Below are positions 11,401 through 25,000 of a DNA stretch of 64,000 bases, piece by piece. This stretch comes from Azolla caroliniana (lineage: Eukaryota > Plantae > Polypodiophyta): the NCBI GenBank assembly GCA_043228905.1, contig JBHGNT010000037.1, positions 207,382-271,381 on the forward strand. Reading direction: 5' to 3'. Position 1 is the stretch's first letter, and each line of letters opens with the position of its first letter. Both the position numbers and the translations under genes were made by a program. A model generated the notes under the pieces. It was given only the letters and a program-made list of their open reading frames with translations. It was not told the DNA's origin and searched no databases.

Positions 11401-14400
11401 TGATATAGAATTAAAATATCAAGATTTTGAAACTGACGTCGAAAGACATGAGGAAATTAGCATGCTGCAGGAGGGAGTTGAGAAGAGCGAGTGAGTAAAT
11501 TAAAATGGTCATACCTGGCTCGTGTGATATCGGATTTCTGTGTTCAAACATGCGAATCGAAGCTAACAAGGCTAGCTATGATATAGAATTAAAAAATCGT
11601 GATTTTGAAACTCAGGTCGAGAGACATGAGGAAATTAGCATATTTGAGGAGGGAGTTGAGAAGAGCCATTGAGTAAATTAAAATGGTCATACCTAGCTCG
11701 TGTGATATCGGATTGCTGTGTTCAAACATGCGAATCGAAGCTAACAAGGCTAGCTATGATATAGACTTAAAAAATCGAGATTTTGAAACTCAGGTCGAGA
11801 GACATGAAGAAATTAGCATATTTGAGGAGGGAGTTGAGAAGAGCGAGTGTGTAAATTAAAATGGTCATACCTGGCTCGTGTGATATCGGATTTCTGTGTT
11901 CAAACATGCGAATCGAAGCTAACAAGGCTAGCTATGATATAAAATTAAAAAATCGAGATTTTGAAACTCAGGTCGAGAGACATGAAGAAATTAGCATATT
12001 TGAGGAGGGAGTTGAGAAGAGCGTGTGAGTAAATTAAAATGGTCATAGCTAGCTCGTGTGATATCGGATTTCTGTGTTCAAACATGCGAATCGAAACTAA
12101 CAAGGCTAGTTATGATATAGACTTAAAAAATCGTGATTTTGAAACTCAGGTCGAGAGACATGAGGAAATTAGCATATTTGAGGAGGGAGTTGAGAAGAGC
12201 CAGTGAGTAAATTAAAATGGTCATACCTGGCTCGTGTGATATCGGATTTCTGTGTTCAAACATGCAAATCGAAGCTAACAAGGCTAGCTATGATATAGAA
12301 TTAAAAAATCAAGATTTTGAAACTGACGTCGAAAGACATGAGGAAATTAGCATGCTGGAGGAGGGAGTTGAGAAGAGCGAGTGAGTAAATTAAAATGGTC
12401 ATACCTGGCTCGTGTGATATCGGATTTCTGTGTTCAAACATGCGAATCGAAACTAACAAGGCTAGCTATGATATAGAATTAAAAAATCGAGATTTTGAAA
12501 CTCAGGTCGAGAGACATGAAGAAATTAGCATATTTGAGGAGGGAGTTGAGAAGAGCGAGTGAGTAAATTAAAATGGTCATACCTGGCTCGTGTGATATCG
12601 GATTTCTGTGTTCAAACATGCGAATCGAAGCTAACAAGGCAAGCTATGATATAGACTTAAAAAATCGTGATTTCGAAACTGACGTCGAAAGACATGAGGA
12701 AATTAGCATGTTGGAGGAGGGAGTTGAGAAGAGCGAGTGAGTAAATTAAAATGGTCATACCTGGCTCGTGTGATATCGGATTTCTGTGTTCAAACATGCA
12801 AATCGAAGCTAACAAGGCTAGCTATGATATAGAATTAAAAAATCGAGATTTTGAAACTCAGGTCGAGAGACATTAAGAAATTAGCATATTTGAGGAGGGA
12901 GTTGAGAAGAGCGTGTGAGTAAATTAAAATGGTCATACCTGGCTCGTGTGATATCGGATTTCTGTGTTCAAACATGCGAATCGAAACTAACAAGGCTAGC
13001 TATGATATAGAATTAAAAAATCGAGATTTTGAAACTCAGGTCGAGAGACATGAAGAAATTAGCATATTTGAGGAGGGAGTTGAGAAGAGCGTGTGAGTAA
13101 ATTAAAATGGTCATACCTGGCTCGTGTGATATCGGATTTCTGTGTTCAAACATGCGAATCGAAGCTAACAAGGCAAGCTATGATATAGACTTAAAAAATC
13201 GTGATTTCGAAACTGACGTCTAAAGACATGAGGAAATTAGCATGCTGGAGGAGGGAGTTGAGAAGAGCGAGTCAGTAAATTAAAATGGTCATACCTGGCT
13301 CGTGTGATATCGGATTTCTGTGTTCAAACATGCGAATCGAAACTAACAAGGCTAGCTATGATATAGAATTAAAAAATCGTGATTTTGAAACTCAGGTCGA
13401 GAGACATGAGGAAATTAGCATATTTGAGGAGGGAGTTGAGAAGAGCCATTGAGTAAATTAAAATGGTCATACCTAGCTCGTGTGATATCGGATTGCTGTG
13501 TTCAAACATGCAAATCGAAGCTAACAAGGCTAGCTATGATATAGAATTAAAAAATCGAGATTTTGAAACTCAGGTCGAGAGACATGAAGAAATTAGCATA
13601 TTTGAGGAGGGAGTTGAGAAGAGCGTGTGTGTAAATTAAAATGGTCATACCTGGCTCGTGTGATATCGGATTTCTGTGTTCAAACATGCGAACCGAAGCT
13701 AACAAGGCTAGCTATGATATAGAATTAAAAAATCGAGATTTTGAAACTCAGGTCGAGAGACATGAAGAAATTAGCATATTTGAGGAGGGAGTTGAGAAGA
13801 GCGTGTGAGTAAATTAAAATGGTCATACCTAGCTCGTGTGATATCGGATTTCTGTGTTCAAACATGCGAATCGAAACTAACAAGGCTAGCTATGATATAG
13901 ACTTAAAAAATCGTGATTTTGAAACTCAGGTCGAGAGACATGAGGAAATTAGCATATTTGAGGAGGGAGTTGAGAAGAGCCAGTGAGTAAATTAAAATAG
14001 TCATACCGGGCTCGTGTGATATCGGATTTCTGTGTTCAAACATGCAAATCGAAGCTAACAAGGCTAGCTATGATATAGAATTAAAAAATCAAGATTTTGA
14101 AACTGACGTCGAAAGACATGAGGAAATTAGCATGCTGGAGGAGGGAGTTGAGAAGAGCGAGTGAGTAAATTAAAATGGTCATACCTAGCTCGTGTGATAT
14201 CGGATTTCTGTGTTCAAACATGCGAATCGAAGCTAACAAGGCTAGCTATGATATAGAATTAAAAAATCGAGATTTTGAAACTCAGGTCGAGAGACATGAA
14301 TAAATTAGCATATTTGAGGAGGGAGTTGAGAAGAGCGTGTGAGTAAATTAAAATGGTCATACCTAGCTCGTGTGATATCGGATTTCTGTGTTCAAACATG

Positions 14401-17400
14401 CGAATCGAAACTAACAAGGCTAGCTATGATATAGACTTAAAAAATCGTGATTTTGAAACTCAGGTCGAGAGACATGAGGAAATTAGCATATTTGAGGAGG
14501 GAGTTGAGAAGAGCCAGTGAGTAAATTAAAATAGTCATACCGGGCTCGTGTGATATCGGATTTCTGTGTTCAAACATGCAAATCGAAGCTAACAAGGCTA
14601 GCTATGATATAGAATTAAAAAATCAAGATTTTGAAACTGACGTCGAAAGACATGAGGAAATTAGCATGCTGGAGGAGGGAGTTGAGAAGAGCGAGTGAGT
14701 AAATTAAAATGGTCATACCTGGCTCGTGTGATATCGGATTTTTGTGTTCAAACATGCGAATCGAAGCTAACAAGGCTAGCTATGATATAGAATTAAAAAA
14801 TCGTGATTTTGAAACTCAGGTCGAGAGACATGAGGAATTTAACATATTTGAGGAGGGAGTTGAGAAGAGCCAGTGAGTAAATTAAAATGGTCATACCTGG
14901 CTCGTGTGATATCGGATTTATGTGCTCAAACATGCGACTCGAAGATAACAACGCTTGCTATGACATAGAATTAAAAGATCGAGATTTTGAAACTCAGTTC
15001 GAGAGACATGAGGAAATTAGCATATTTGAGGAGGGAGTAGAGAAGAGCCAGTGAGTAAATTAAAATGGTCATACCTGGCTCGTGTGATATCGGATTTCTG
15101 TGTTCAAACAAGCAAATCGAAGCTAACAAGGCTAGCTATGATATAGAATTAAAATATCGAGATTTTGAAACTCAGGTCGAGAGACATGAGGAAATTAGCA
15201 TATTTGAGGAGGGAGTTGAGAAGAGCGAGTGAGTAAATTAAAATGGTCATACCTGGCTCGTGTGATATCGGATTTCTGTGTTCAAACATGCAAATCGAAG
15301 CTAACAAGGCTAGCTATGATATAGAATTAAAATATCGAGATTTTGAAACTCAGGTCGAGAGACATGAGGAAATTAGCATATTTGAGGAGGGAGTTGAGAA
15401 GAGCGAGTGAGTAAATTAAAATGGTCATACCTGGCTCGTGTGATATCGGATTTCTGTGTTCAAACATGCAAATCGAAGCTAACAAGGCTAGCTATGATAT
15501 AGAATTAAAAAATCGAGATTTTGAAACTCAGGTCGAGAGACATGAAGAAATTAGCATATTTGAGGAGGGAGTTGAGAAGAGCGTGTGAGTAAATTAAAAT
15601 GGTCATACCTGGCTCGTGTGATATCGGATTTCTGTGTTCAAACATGCGAATCGAAGCTAACAAGGCAAGCTATGATATAGACTTAAAAAATCGTGATTTC
15701 GAAACTGACGTCGAAAGACATGAGGAAATTAGCATGTTGGAGGAGGGAGTTGAGAAGAGCGAGTGAGTAAATTAAAATGGTCATACCTGGCTCGTGTGAT
15801 ATCGGATTTCTGTGTTCAAACATGCAAAACGAAGCTAACAAGGCTAGCTATGATATAGAATTAAAAAATCGAGATTTTGAAACTCAAGTCGAGAGACATT
15901 AAGAAATTAGCATATTTGAGGAGGGAGTTGAGAAGAGCGTGTGAGTAAATTAAAATGGTCATACCTGGCTCGTGTGATATCGGATTTCTGTGTTCAAACA
16001 TGCGAATCGAAACTAACAAGCCTAGCTATGATATAGAATTAAAAAATCGAGATTTTGAAACTCAGGTCGAGAGACATGAAGAAATTAGCATATTTGAGGA
16101 GGGAGTTGAGAAGAGCGTGTGAGTAAATTAAAATGGTCATACCTGGCTCGTGTGATATCGGATTTCTGTGTTCAAACATGCGAATCGAAGCTAACAAGGC
16201 AAGCTATGATATAGACTTAAAAAATCGTGATTTCGAAACTGACGTCGAAAGACATGAGGAAATTAGCATGCTGGAGGAGGGAGTTGAGAAGAGCGAGTGA
16301 GTAAATTAAAATGGTCATACCTGGCTCGTGTGATATCGGATTTCTGTGTTCAAACATGCGAATCGAAGCTAACAAGGCTAGCTATGATATAGAATTAAAA
16401 AATCGTGATTTTGAACCTCAGGTCGAGAGACATGAGGAAATTAGCATATTTGAGGAGGGAGTTGAGAAGAGCCATTGAGTAAATTAAAATGGTCATACCT
16501 AGCTCGTGTGATATCGGATTGCTGTGTTCAAACATGCAAATCGAAGCTAACAAGGCTAGCTATGATATAGAATTAAAAAATCGAGATTTTGAAACTCAGG
16601 TCGAGAGACATGAAGAAATTAGCATATTTGAGGAGGGAGTTGAGAAGAGCGTGTGTGTAAATTAAAATGGTCATACCTGGCTCGTGTGATATCGGATTTC
16701 TGTGTTCAAACATGCGAATCGAAGCTAACAAGGCTAGCTATGATATAGAATTAAAAAATCGAGATTTTGAAACTCAGGTCGAGAGACATGAAGAAATTAG
16801 CATATTTGAGGAGGGAGTTGAGAAGAGCGTGTGAGTAAATTAAAATGGTCATACCTGGCTCGTGTGATATCGGATTTCTGTGTTCAAACATGCGAATCGA
16901 AGCTAACAAGGCAAGCTATGATATAGACTTAAAAAATCGTGATTTCGAAACTGACGTCTAAAGACATGAGGAAATTAGCATGCTGGAGGAGGGAGTTGAG
17001 AAGAGCGAGTGAGTAAATTAAAATGGTCATACCTGGCTCGTGTGATATCGGATTGCTGTGTTCAAACATGCAAATCGAAGCTAACAAGGCTAGCTATGAT
17101 ATAGAATTAAAAAATCGAGATTTTGAAACTCAGGTCGAGAGACATGAAGAAATTAGCATATTTGAGGAGGGAGTTGAGAAGAGCGTGTGTGTAAATTAAA
17201 ATGGTCATACCTGGCTCGTGTGATATCGGATTTCTGTGTTCAAACATGCGAATCGAAGCTAACAAGGCTAGCTATGATATAGAATTAAAAAATCGAGATT
17301 TTGAAACTGACGTCGAGAGACATGAAGAAATTAGCATATTTGAGGAGGGAGTTGAGAAGAGCGTGTGAGTAAATTAAAATGGTCATACCTAGCTCGTGTG

Positions 17401-19074
17401 ATATCGGATTTCTGTGTTCAAACATGCGAATCGAAGCTAACAAGGCAAGCTATGATATAGACTTAAAAAATCGTGATTTTGAAACTCAGGTCGAGAGACA
17501 TGAGGAAATTAGCATATTTGAGGAGGGAGTTGAGAAGAGCGAGTGAGTAAATTAAAATGGTCATACCTGGCTCGTGTGATATCGGATTTCTGTGTTCAAA
17601 CATGCGAATCGAAGCTAACAAGGCTAGCTATGATATAGAATTAAAAAATCGAGATTTTGAAACTGAGGTCGAGAGACATGATGAAATTAGCATATTTGAG
17701 GAGGGAGTTGAGAAGAGCGTGTGTGTAAATTAAAATGGTCATACCTGGCTCGTGTGATATCGGATTTCTGTGTTCAAACATGCGAATCGAAGCTAACAAG
17801 GCTAGCTATGATATAGAATTAAAAAATCGAGATTTTGAAACTCAGGTCGAGAGACATGAAGAAATTAGCATATTTGAGGAGGGAGTTGAGAAGAGCGTGT
17901 GAGTAAATTAAAATGGTCATACCTGGCTCGTGTGATATCGGATTTCTGTGTTCAAACATGCAAATCGAAGCTAACAAGGCTAGCTATGATATAGAATTAA
18001 AAAATCGAGATTTTGAAACTCAGGTCGAGAGACATGAAGAAATTAGCATATTTGAGGAGGGAGTTGAGAAGAGCGTATGAGTAAATTAAAATGGTCATAC
18101 CTAGCTCGTGTGATATCGGATTTCTGTGGTCAAACATGCGAATCGAAGCTAACAAGGCTAGCTATGATATAGAATTAAAAAATCGAGATTTTGAAACTGA
18201 GGTCGAGAGACATGATGAAATTAGCATATTTGAGGAGGGAGTTGAGAAGAGCGTGTGTGTAAATTAAAATGGTCATACCTGGCTCGTGTGATATCGGATT
18301 TCTGTGTTCAAACATGCGAATCGAAGCTAACAAGGCTAGCTATGATATAGAATTAAAAAATCGTGATTTTGAAACTCAGGTCGAGAGACATGAAGAAATT
18401 AGCATATTTGAGGAGGGAGTTGAGAAGAGCGTGTGAGTAAATTAAAATGGTCATACCTGGCTCGTGTGATATCGGATTTCTGTGTTCAAACATGCAAATC
18501 GAAGCTAACAAGGCTAGCTATGATATAGAATTAAAAAATCGAGATTTTGAAACTCAGGTCGAGAGACATGAAGAAATTAGCATATTTGAGGAGGGAGTTG
18601 AGAAGAGCGTGTGAGTAAATTAAAATGGTCATACCTAGCTCGTGTGATATCGGATTTCTGTGGTCAAACATGCGAATCGAAACTAACAAGGCTAGCTATG
18701 ATATAGACTTAAAAAATCGTGATTTTGAAACTCAGGTCGAGAGACATGAGGAAATTAGCATATTTGAGGAGGGAGTTGAGAAGAGCCAGTGAGTAAATTA
18801 AAATAGTCATACCGGGCTCGTGTGATATCGGATTTCTGTGTTCAAACATGCAAATCGAAGCTAACAAGGCTAGCTATGATATAGAATTAAAAAATCAAGA
18901 TTTTGAAACTGACGTCGAAAGACATGAGGAAATTAGCATGCTGGAGGAGGGAGTTGAGAAGAGCGAGTGAGTAAATTAAAATGGTCATACCTGGCTCGTG
19001 TGATATCGGATTTTTGTGTTCAAACATGCGAATCGAAGCTAACAACTCTAGCTATGATATAGAATTAAAAAATC

Positions 19075-22000
19075 GTGATTTTAAAACTAAGGCCGAGAGA
19101 CATGAGGAAATTAGCAAATTTGAGGAGGTAGTGGAGAAGAGTGCGTCAGTAAATTAAAATGGTCATACCTGGCTCGTGTGATATCGGATTTCTGTGTTCA
19201 AACATGCGAATCGAAACTAACAAGGCTAGCTATGATATAGACTTAAAAAATCGTGATTTCGAAACTGACGTCGAAAGACATGAGGAAATTAGCATGCTGG
19301 AGGAGGGAGTTGAGAAGAGCGAGTGAGTAAATTAAAATGGTCATACCTGGCTCGTGTGATATCGGAGTTCTGTGTTCAAACATGCGAATCGAAACTAACA
19401 AGGCTAGCTATGATATAGAATTACAAAATCGTGATTTTGAAACTCAGGTCGAGAGACATGAGGAAATTAGCATATTTGAGGAGGGAGTTGAGAAGAGCCA
19501 GTGAGTAAATTAAAATGGTCATACCTGGCTCGTGTGATATCGGATTTCTGTGTTCAAACATGCAAATCGAAGCTAACAAGGCTAGCTATGATATAGAATT
19601 AAAAAATCGAGATTTTGAAACTGAGGTCGAGAGACATGAAGAAATTAGCATATTTGAGGAGGGAGTTGAGAAGAGCGTGTGTGTAAATTAAAATGGTCAT
19701 ACCTGGCTCGTGTGATATCGGATTTCTGTGTTCAAACATGCGAATCGAAGCTAACCAGGCTAGCTATGATATAGACTTAAAAAATCGTGATTTCGAAACT
19801 GACGTCGAAAGACATGAGGAAATTAGCATGCTGGAGGAGGGAGTTGAGAAGAGCGAGTGAGTAAATTAAAATGGTCATACCTGGCTCGTGTGATATCGGA
19901 TTTCTGTGTTCAAACATGCGAATCGAAGCTAACAAGGCAAGCTATGATATAGACTTAAAAAATCGTGATTTCGAAACTGACGTCGAAAGACATGAGGAAA
20001 TTAGCATGCTGGAGGAGGGAGTTGAGAAGAGCGAGTGAGTAAATTAAAATGGTCATACCTGGCTCGTGTGATATCGGATTTCTGTGTTCAAACATGCGAA
20101 TCGAAGCTAACAAGGCTAGCTATGATATAGACTTAAAAAATCGTGATTTCGAAACTGACGTCGAGAGACATGAGGAAATTAGCATGCTGGAGGAGGGAGT
20201 TGAGAAGAGCGAGTGAGTAAATTAAAATGGTCATACCTGGCTCGTGTGATATCGGATTTCTGTGTTCAAACATGCGAATCGAAGCTAACAAGGCTAGCTA
20301 TGATATAGACTTAAAAAGTCGTGATTTCGAAACTGACGTCGAAAGACATGAGGAAATTAGCATGCTGGAGGAGGGAGTTGAGAAGAGCGAGTGAGTAAAT
20401 TAAAATGGTCATACCTGGCTCGTGTGATATCGGATTTTTGTGTTCAAACATGCGAATCGAAGCTAACAACTCTAGCTATGATATAGAATTAAAAAATCGT
20501 GATTTTAAAACTAAGGCCGAGAGACATGAGGAAATTAGCAAATTTGAGGAGGTAGTGGAGAAGAGTGCGTCAGTAAATTAAAATGGTCATACCTGGCTCG
20601 TGTGATATCGGATTTTTGTGTTCAAACATGAAAATCGAAGATAACAAGGCTAGCTATGATATAGACTTAAAAAATCGTTATTTCGAAACTCAGGTCGAGA
20701 GACATGAAGAAATTAGCATATTTGAGGAGGGAGTTGAGAAGAGCGAGTGAGTAAATTAAAATGGTCATACCTGGCTCGTGTGATATCGGAGTTTTGTGTT
20801 CAAACATGCGAATCGAAGCTAACAACGCTAGCTATGATATAGAATTAAAAAATCGTGATTTTAAAACTAAGGCCGAGAGATATGAGGAAATTAGCAAATT
20901 TGAGGAGGTAGTGGAGAAGAGTGCGTCAGTAAATTAAAATGGTCATACCTGGCTCGTGTGATATCGGATTTTTGTGTTCAAACATGCAAATCGAAGCTAA
21001 CAAGGCTAGCTATGATATAGACTTAAAAAATCGTGATTTCGAAACTGACGTCGAAAAACATGAGGAAATTAGCATGCTGGAGGAGGGTGTTGAGAAGAGC
21101 GAGTGAGTAAATTAAAATGGTCATACCTGGCTCGTGTGATATCGGATTTCTGTGTTCAAACATACGAATGGAAACTAACAAGGCTAGCTATGATATAGAA
21201 TTAAAAAATCGTGATTTTGAAACTCAGGTCGAGAGACATGAGGAAATTAGCATATTTGAGGAGGGAGTTGAGAGGAGCCAGTGAGTAAATTAAAATGGTC
21301 ATACCTGGCTCGTGTGATATCGGATTTCTGTGTTCAAACATGCAAATCGAAGCTAACAAGGCTAGCTATGATATAGAATTAAAAAATCAAGATTTTGAAA
21401 CTCAGGTCGAGAGACATGAAGAAATTAGCATATTTGAGGAGGGAGTTGAGAAGAGCGTGTGTGTAAATTAAAATGGTCATACCTGGCTCGTGTGATATCG
21501 GATTTCTGTGTTCAAACATGCGAATCGAAGCTAACAAGGCTAGCTATGATATAGACTTAAAAAATCGTGATTTCGAAACTGACGTCGAAAGACATGAGGA
21601 AATTAGCATGCTGGAGGAGGGAGTTGAGAAGAGCGAGTGAGTAAATTAAAATGGTCATACCTGGCTCGTGTGATATCGGATTTCTGTGTTCAAACATGCG
21701 AATCGAAACTAACAAGGCTAGCTATGATATAGAATTAAAAAATCGTGATTTTGAAACACAGGTCGAGAGACATGAGGAAATTAGCATATTTGAGGAGGGA
21801 GTTGCGAAGAGCGCTTAAAAAATCGTGATTTCGAAACTGACGTCGAAAGACATGAGGAAATTAGCATGCTGGAGGAGGGAGTTGAGAAGAGCGAGTGAGT
21901 AAATTAAAATGGTCATACCTGGCTCGTGTGATATCGGATTTTTGTGTTCAAACATGCGAATCGAAGCTAACAAGGCTAGCTATGATATAGAATTAAAAAA

Positions 22001-25000
22001 TCGAGATTTTAAAACTAAGGCCGAGAGACATGAGGAAATTAGCAAATTTGAGGAGGTAGTGGAGAAGAGTGCGTCAGTAAATTAAAATGGTCAAACCTGG
22101 CACGTGTGATATCGGATTTCTATGTTCAAACATGCGAATCGAAGCTAACAACGCTAGCTATGATATAGAATTAAAAAATCGAGATTTTGAAACTCAGGTC
22201 GAGAGACATGAGGAAATTAACATATTTGAGGAGGGAGTTGAGAAGAGCTAGTGAGTAAATTAAAATGGTCATACCTGGCTCGTGTGAAATCGGATTTTTG
22301 TGTTCAAACATGCGAATCGAAGCTAACAAGGCTAGCTATGATATAGAATTAAAAAATCGTGATTTTGAAACTCAGGTCGAGAGACATGAGGAAATTAACA
22401 TATTTGAGGAGGGAGTTGAGAAGAGCCAGTGAGTAAATTAAAATGGTCATACCTGTCTCGTGTGATATCGGATTTCTGTGTTCAAACATGCGAATCGAAG
22501 TTAACAAGGCTAGCTATGATATAGAATTTAAAAATCGTGATTTTGAAACTGACGTCGAAAGACATGAGGAAATTAGCATGCTGGAGGAGGGAGTTGAGAA
22601 GAGCGAGTGAGTAAATTAAAATGGTCATACCTGGCTCGTGTGATATCGGATTTTTGTGTTCAAACATGCGAATCGAAGCTAACAACGCTAGCTATGATAT
22701 AGAATTAAAAAATCGTGATTTTAAAACTAAGGCCGAGAGACATGAGGAAATTAGCAAATTTGAGGAGGTAGTGGAGAAGAGTGCGTCAGTAAATTAAAAT
22801 GGTCATACCTGGCTCGTGTGATATCGGATTTTTGTGTTCAAACATGCAAATCGAAGCTAACAAGGCTAGCTATGATATAGAATTAAAAAATCAAGATTTG
22901 GAAACTGACGTCGAAAGACTGAGGAAATTAGCATGCTGGAGGAGGGAGTTGAGAAGAGCGAGTGAGTAAATTAAAATGGTCATACCTGGCTCGTGTGATA
23001 TCGGATTTCTGTGTTCAAACATGCGAATCGAAGCTAACAAGGCTAGCTATGATATAGAATTAAAAAATCGTGATTTTGAAACTCAGGTCGAGAGACATGA
23101 GGAAATTAGCATATTTGAGGAGGGAGTTGAGAAGAGCCAGTGAGTAAATTAAAATGGTCATACCTGGCTCGTGTGATATCGGATTTCTGTGTTCAAACAT
23201 GCGAATCGAAGCTAACAAGGCTAGCTATGATATAGAATTAAAAAATCGAGATTTTGAAACTCAGGTCGAGAGACATGAAGAAATTAGCATATTTGAGGAG
23301 GGAGTTGAGAAGAGCGTGTGTGTAAATTAAAATGGTCATACCTGGCTCGTGTGATATCGGATTTCTGTGTTCAAACATGCGAATCGAAGCTAACAAGGCT
23401 AGCTATGATATAGACTTAAAAAATCGTGATTTCGAAACTGACGTCGAAAGACATGAGGAAATTAGCATGCTGGAGGAGGGAGTTGAGAAGAGCGAGTGAG
23501 TAAATTAAAATGGTCATACCTGGCTCGTGTGATATCGGATTTCTGTGTTCAAACATGCGAATCGAAACTAACAAGGCTAGCTATGATATAGAATTAAAAA
23601 ATCGTGATTTTGAAACTCAGGTCGAGAGACATGAGGAAATTAGCATATTTGAGGAGGGAGTTGCGAAGAGCGTGTGAGTAAATTAAAATGGTCATACCTG
23701 GCTCGTGTGATATCGGATTTCTGTGTTCAAACATGCGAATCGAAGCTAACAAGGCTAGCTATGATATAGAATTAAAAAATCGAGATTTTGAAACTCAGAT
23801 CGAGAGACATGCGGAAATTAGCATATTTGAGGGGGGAGTTGAGAAGAGCGTGTGAGTAAATTAAAATGGTCATACCTGGCTCGTGTGATATCGGATTTCT
23901 GTGTTCAAACATGCGAATCGAAGCTAACAAGGCTAGCTATGATATAGAATTAAAAAATCAAGATTTTGAAACTCAGGTCGAGAGACATGAAGAAATTAGC
24001 ATATTTGAGGAGGGAGTTGAGAAGAGCGTGTGAGTAAATTAAAATGGTCATACCTGGCTCGTGTGATATCGGATTTCTGTGTTCAAACATGCGAATCGAA
24101 GCTAACAAGGCTAGCTATGATATAGACTTAAAAAATCGTGATTTCGAAACTGACGTCGAAAGACATGAGGAAATTAGCATGCTGGAGGAGGGAGTTGAGA
24201 AGAGCGAGTGAGTAAATTAAAATGGTCATACCTGGCTCGTGTGATATCGGATTTCTGTGTTCAAACATGCGAATCGAAACTAACAAGGCTAGCTATGATA
24301 TAGAATTAAAAAATCGTGATTTTGAAACTCAGGTCGAGAGACATGAGGAAATTAGCATATTTGAGGAGGGAGTTGAGAAGAGCCAGTGAGTAAATTAAAA
24401 TGGTCATACCTGGCTCGTGTGATATCGGATTGCTGTGTTCAAACATGCAAATCGAAGCTAACAAGGCTAGCTATGATATAGAATTAAAAAATCGAGATTT
24501 TGAAACTCAGGTCGAGAGACATGAAGAAATTAGCATATTTGAGGAGGGAGTTGAGAAGAGCGTGTGTGTAAATTAAAATGGTCATACCTGGCTCGTGTGA
24601 TATCGGATTTCTGTGTTCAAACATGCGAATCGAAACTAACAAGGCTAGCTATGATATAGAATTAAAAAATCGTGATTTTGAAACTCAGGTCGAGAGACAT
24701 GAAGAATTTAGCATATTTGAGGAGGGAGTTGAGAAGAGCGTGTGTGTAAATTAAAATGGTCATACCTGGCTCGTGTGATATCGGATTTCTGTGTTCAAAC
24801 ATGCGAATCGAAGCTAACAACGCTAGCTATGATATAGAATTAAAAAATCGAGATTTTGAAACTCAGGTCGAGAGACATGAGGAAATTAGCATGCTGGAGG
24901 AGGGAGTTGAGAAGAGTCAGTGAGTAAATTAAAATGGTCATACCTGGCTCGTGTGATATCGGATTTCTGTGTTCAAACATGCAAATCGAAGATAACAAGG

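Noticed and set aside
12671-12688. CENP-B-box-like TTCGAAACTGACGTC in some type B monomers
   Set aside because: CpG spacing matches TTCGNNNNANNCGGG, but only 6 of 9 core bases agree (T for A, CGTC for CGGG), and it is present in a minority of monomers.
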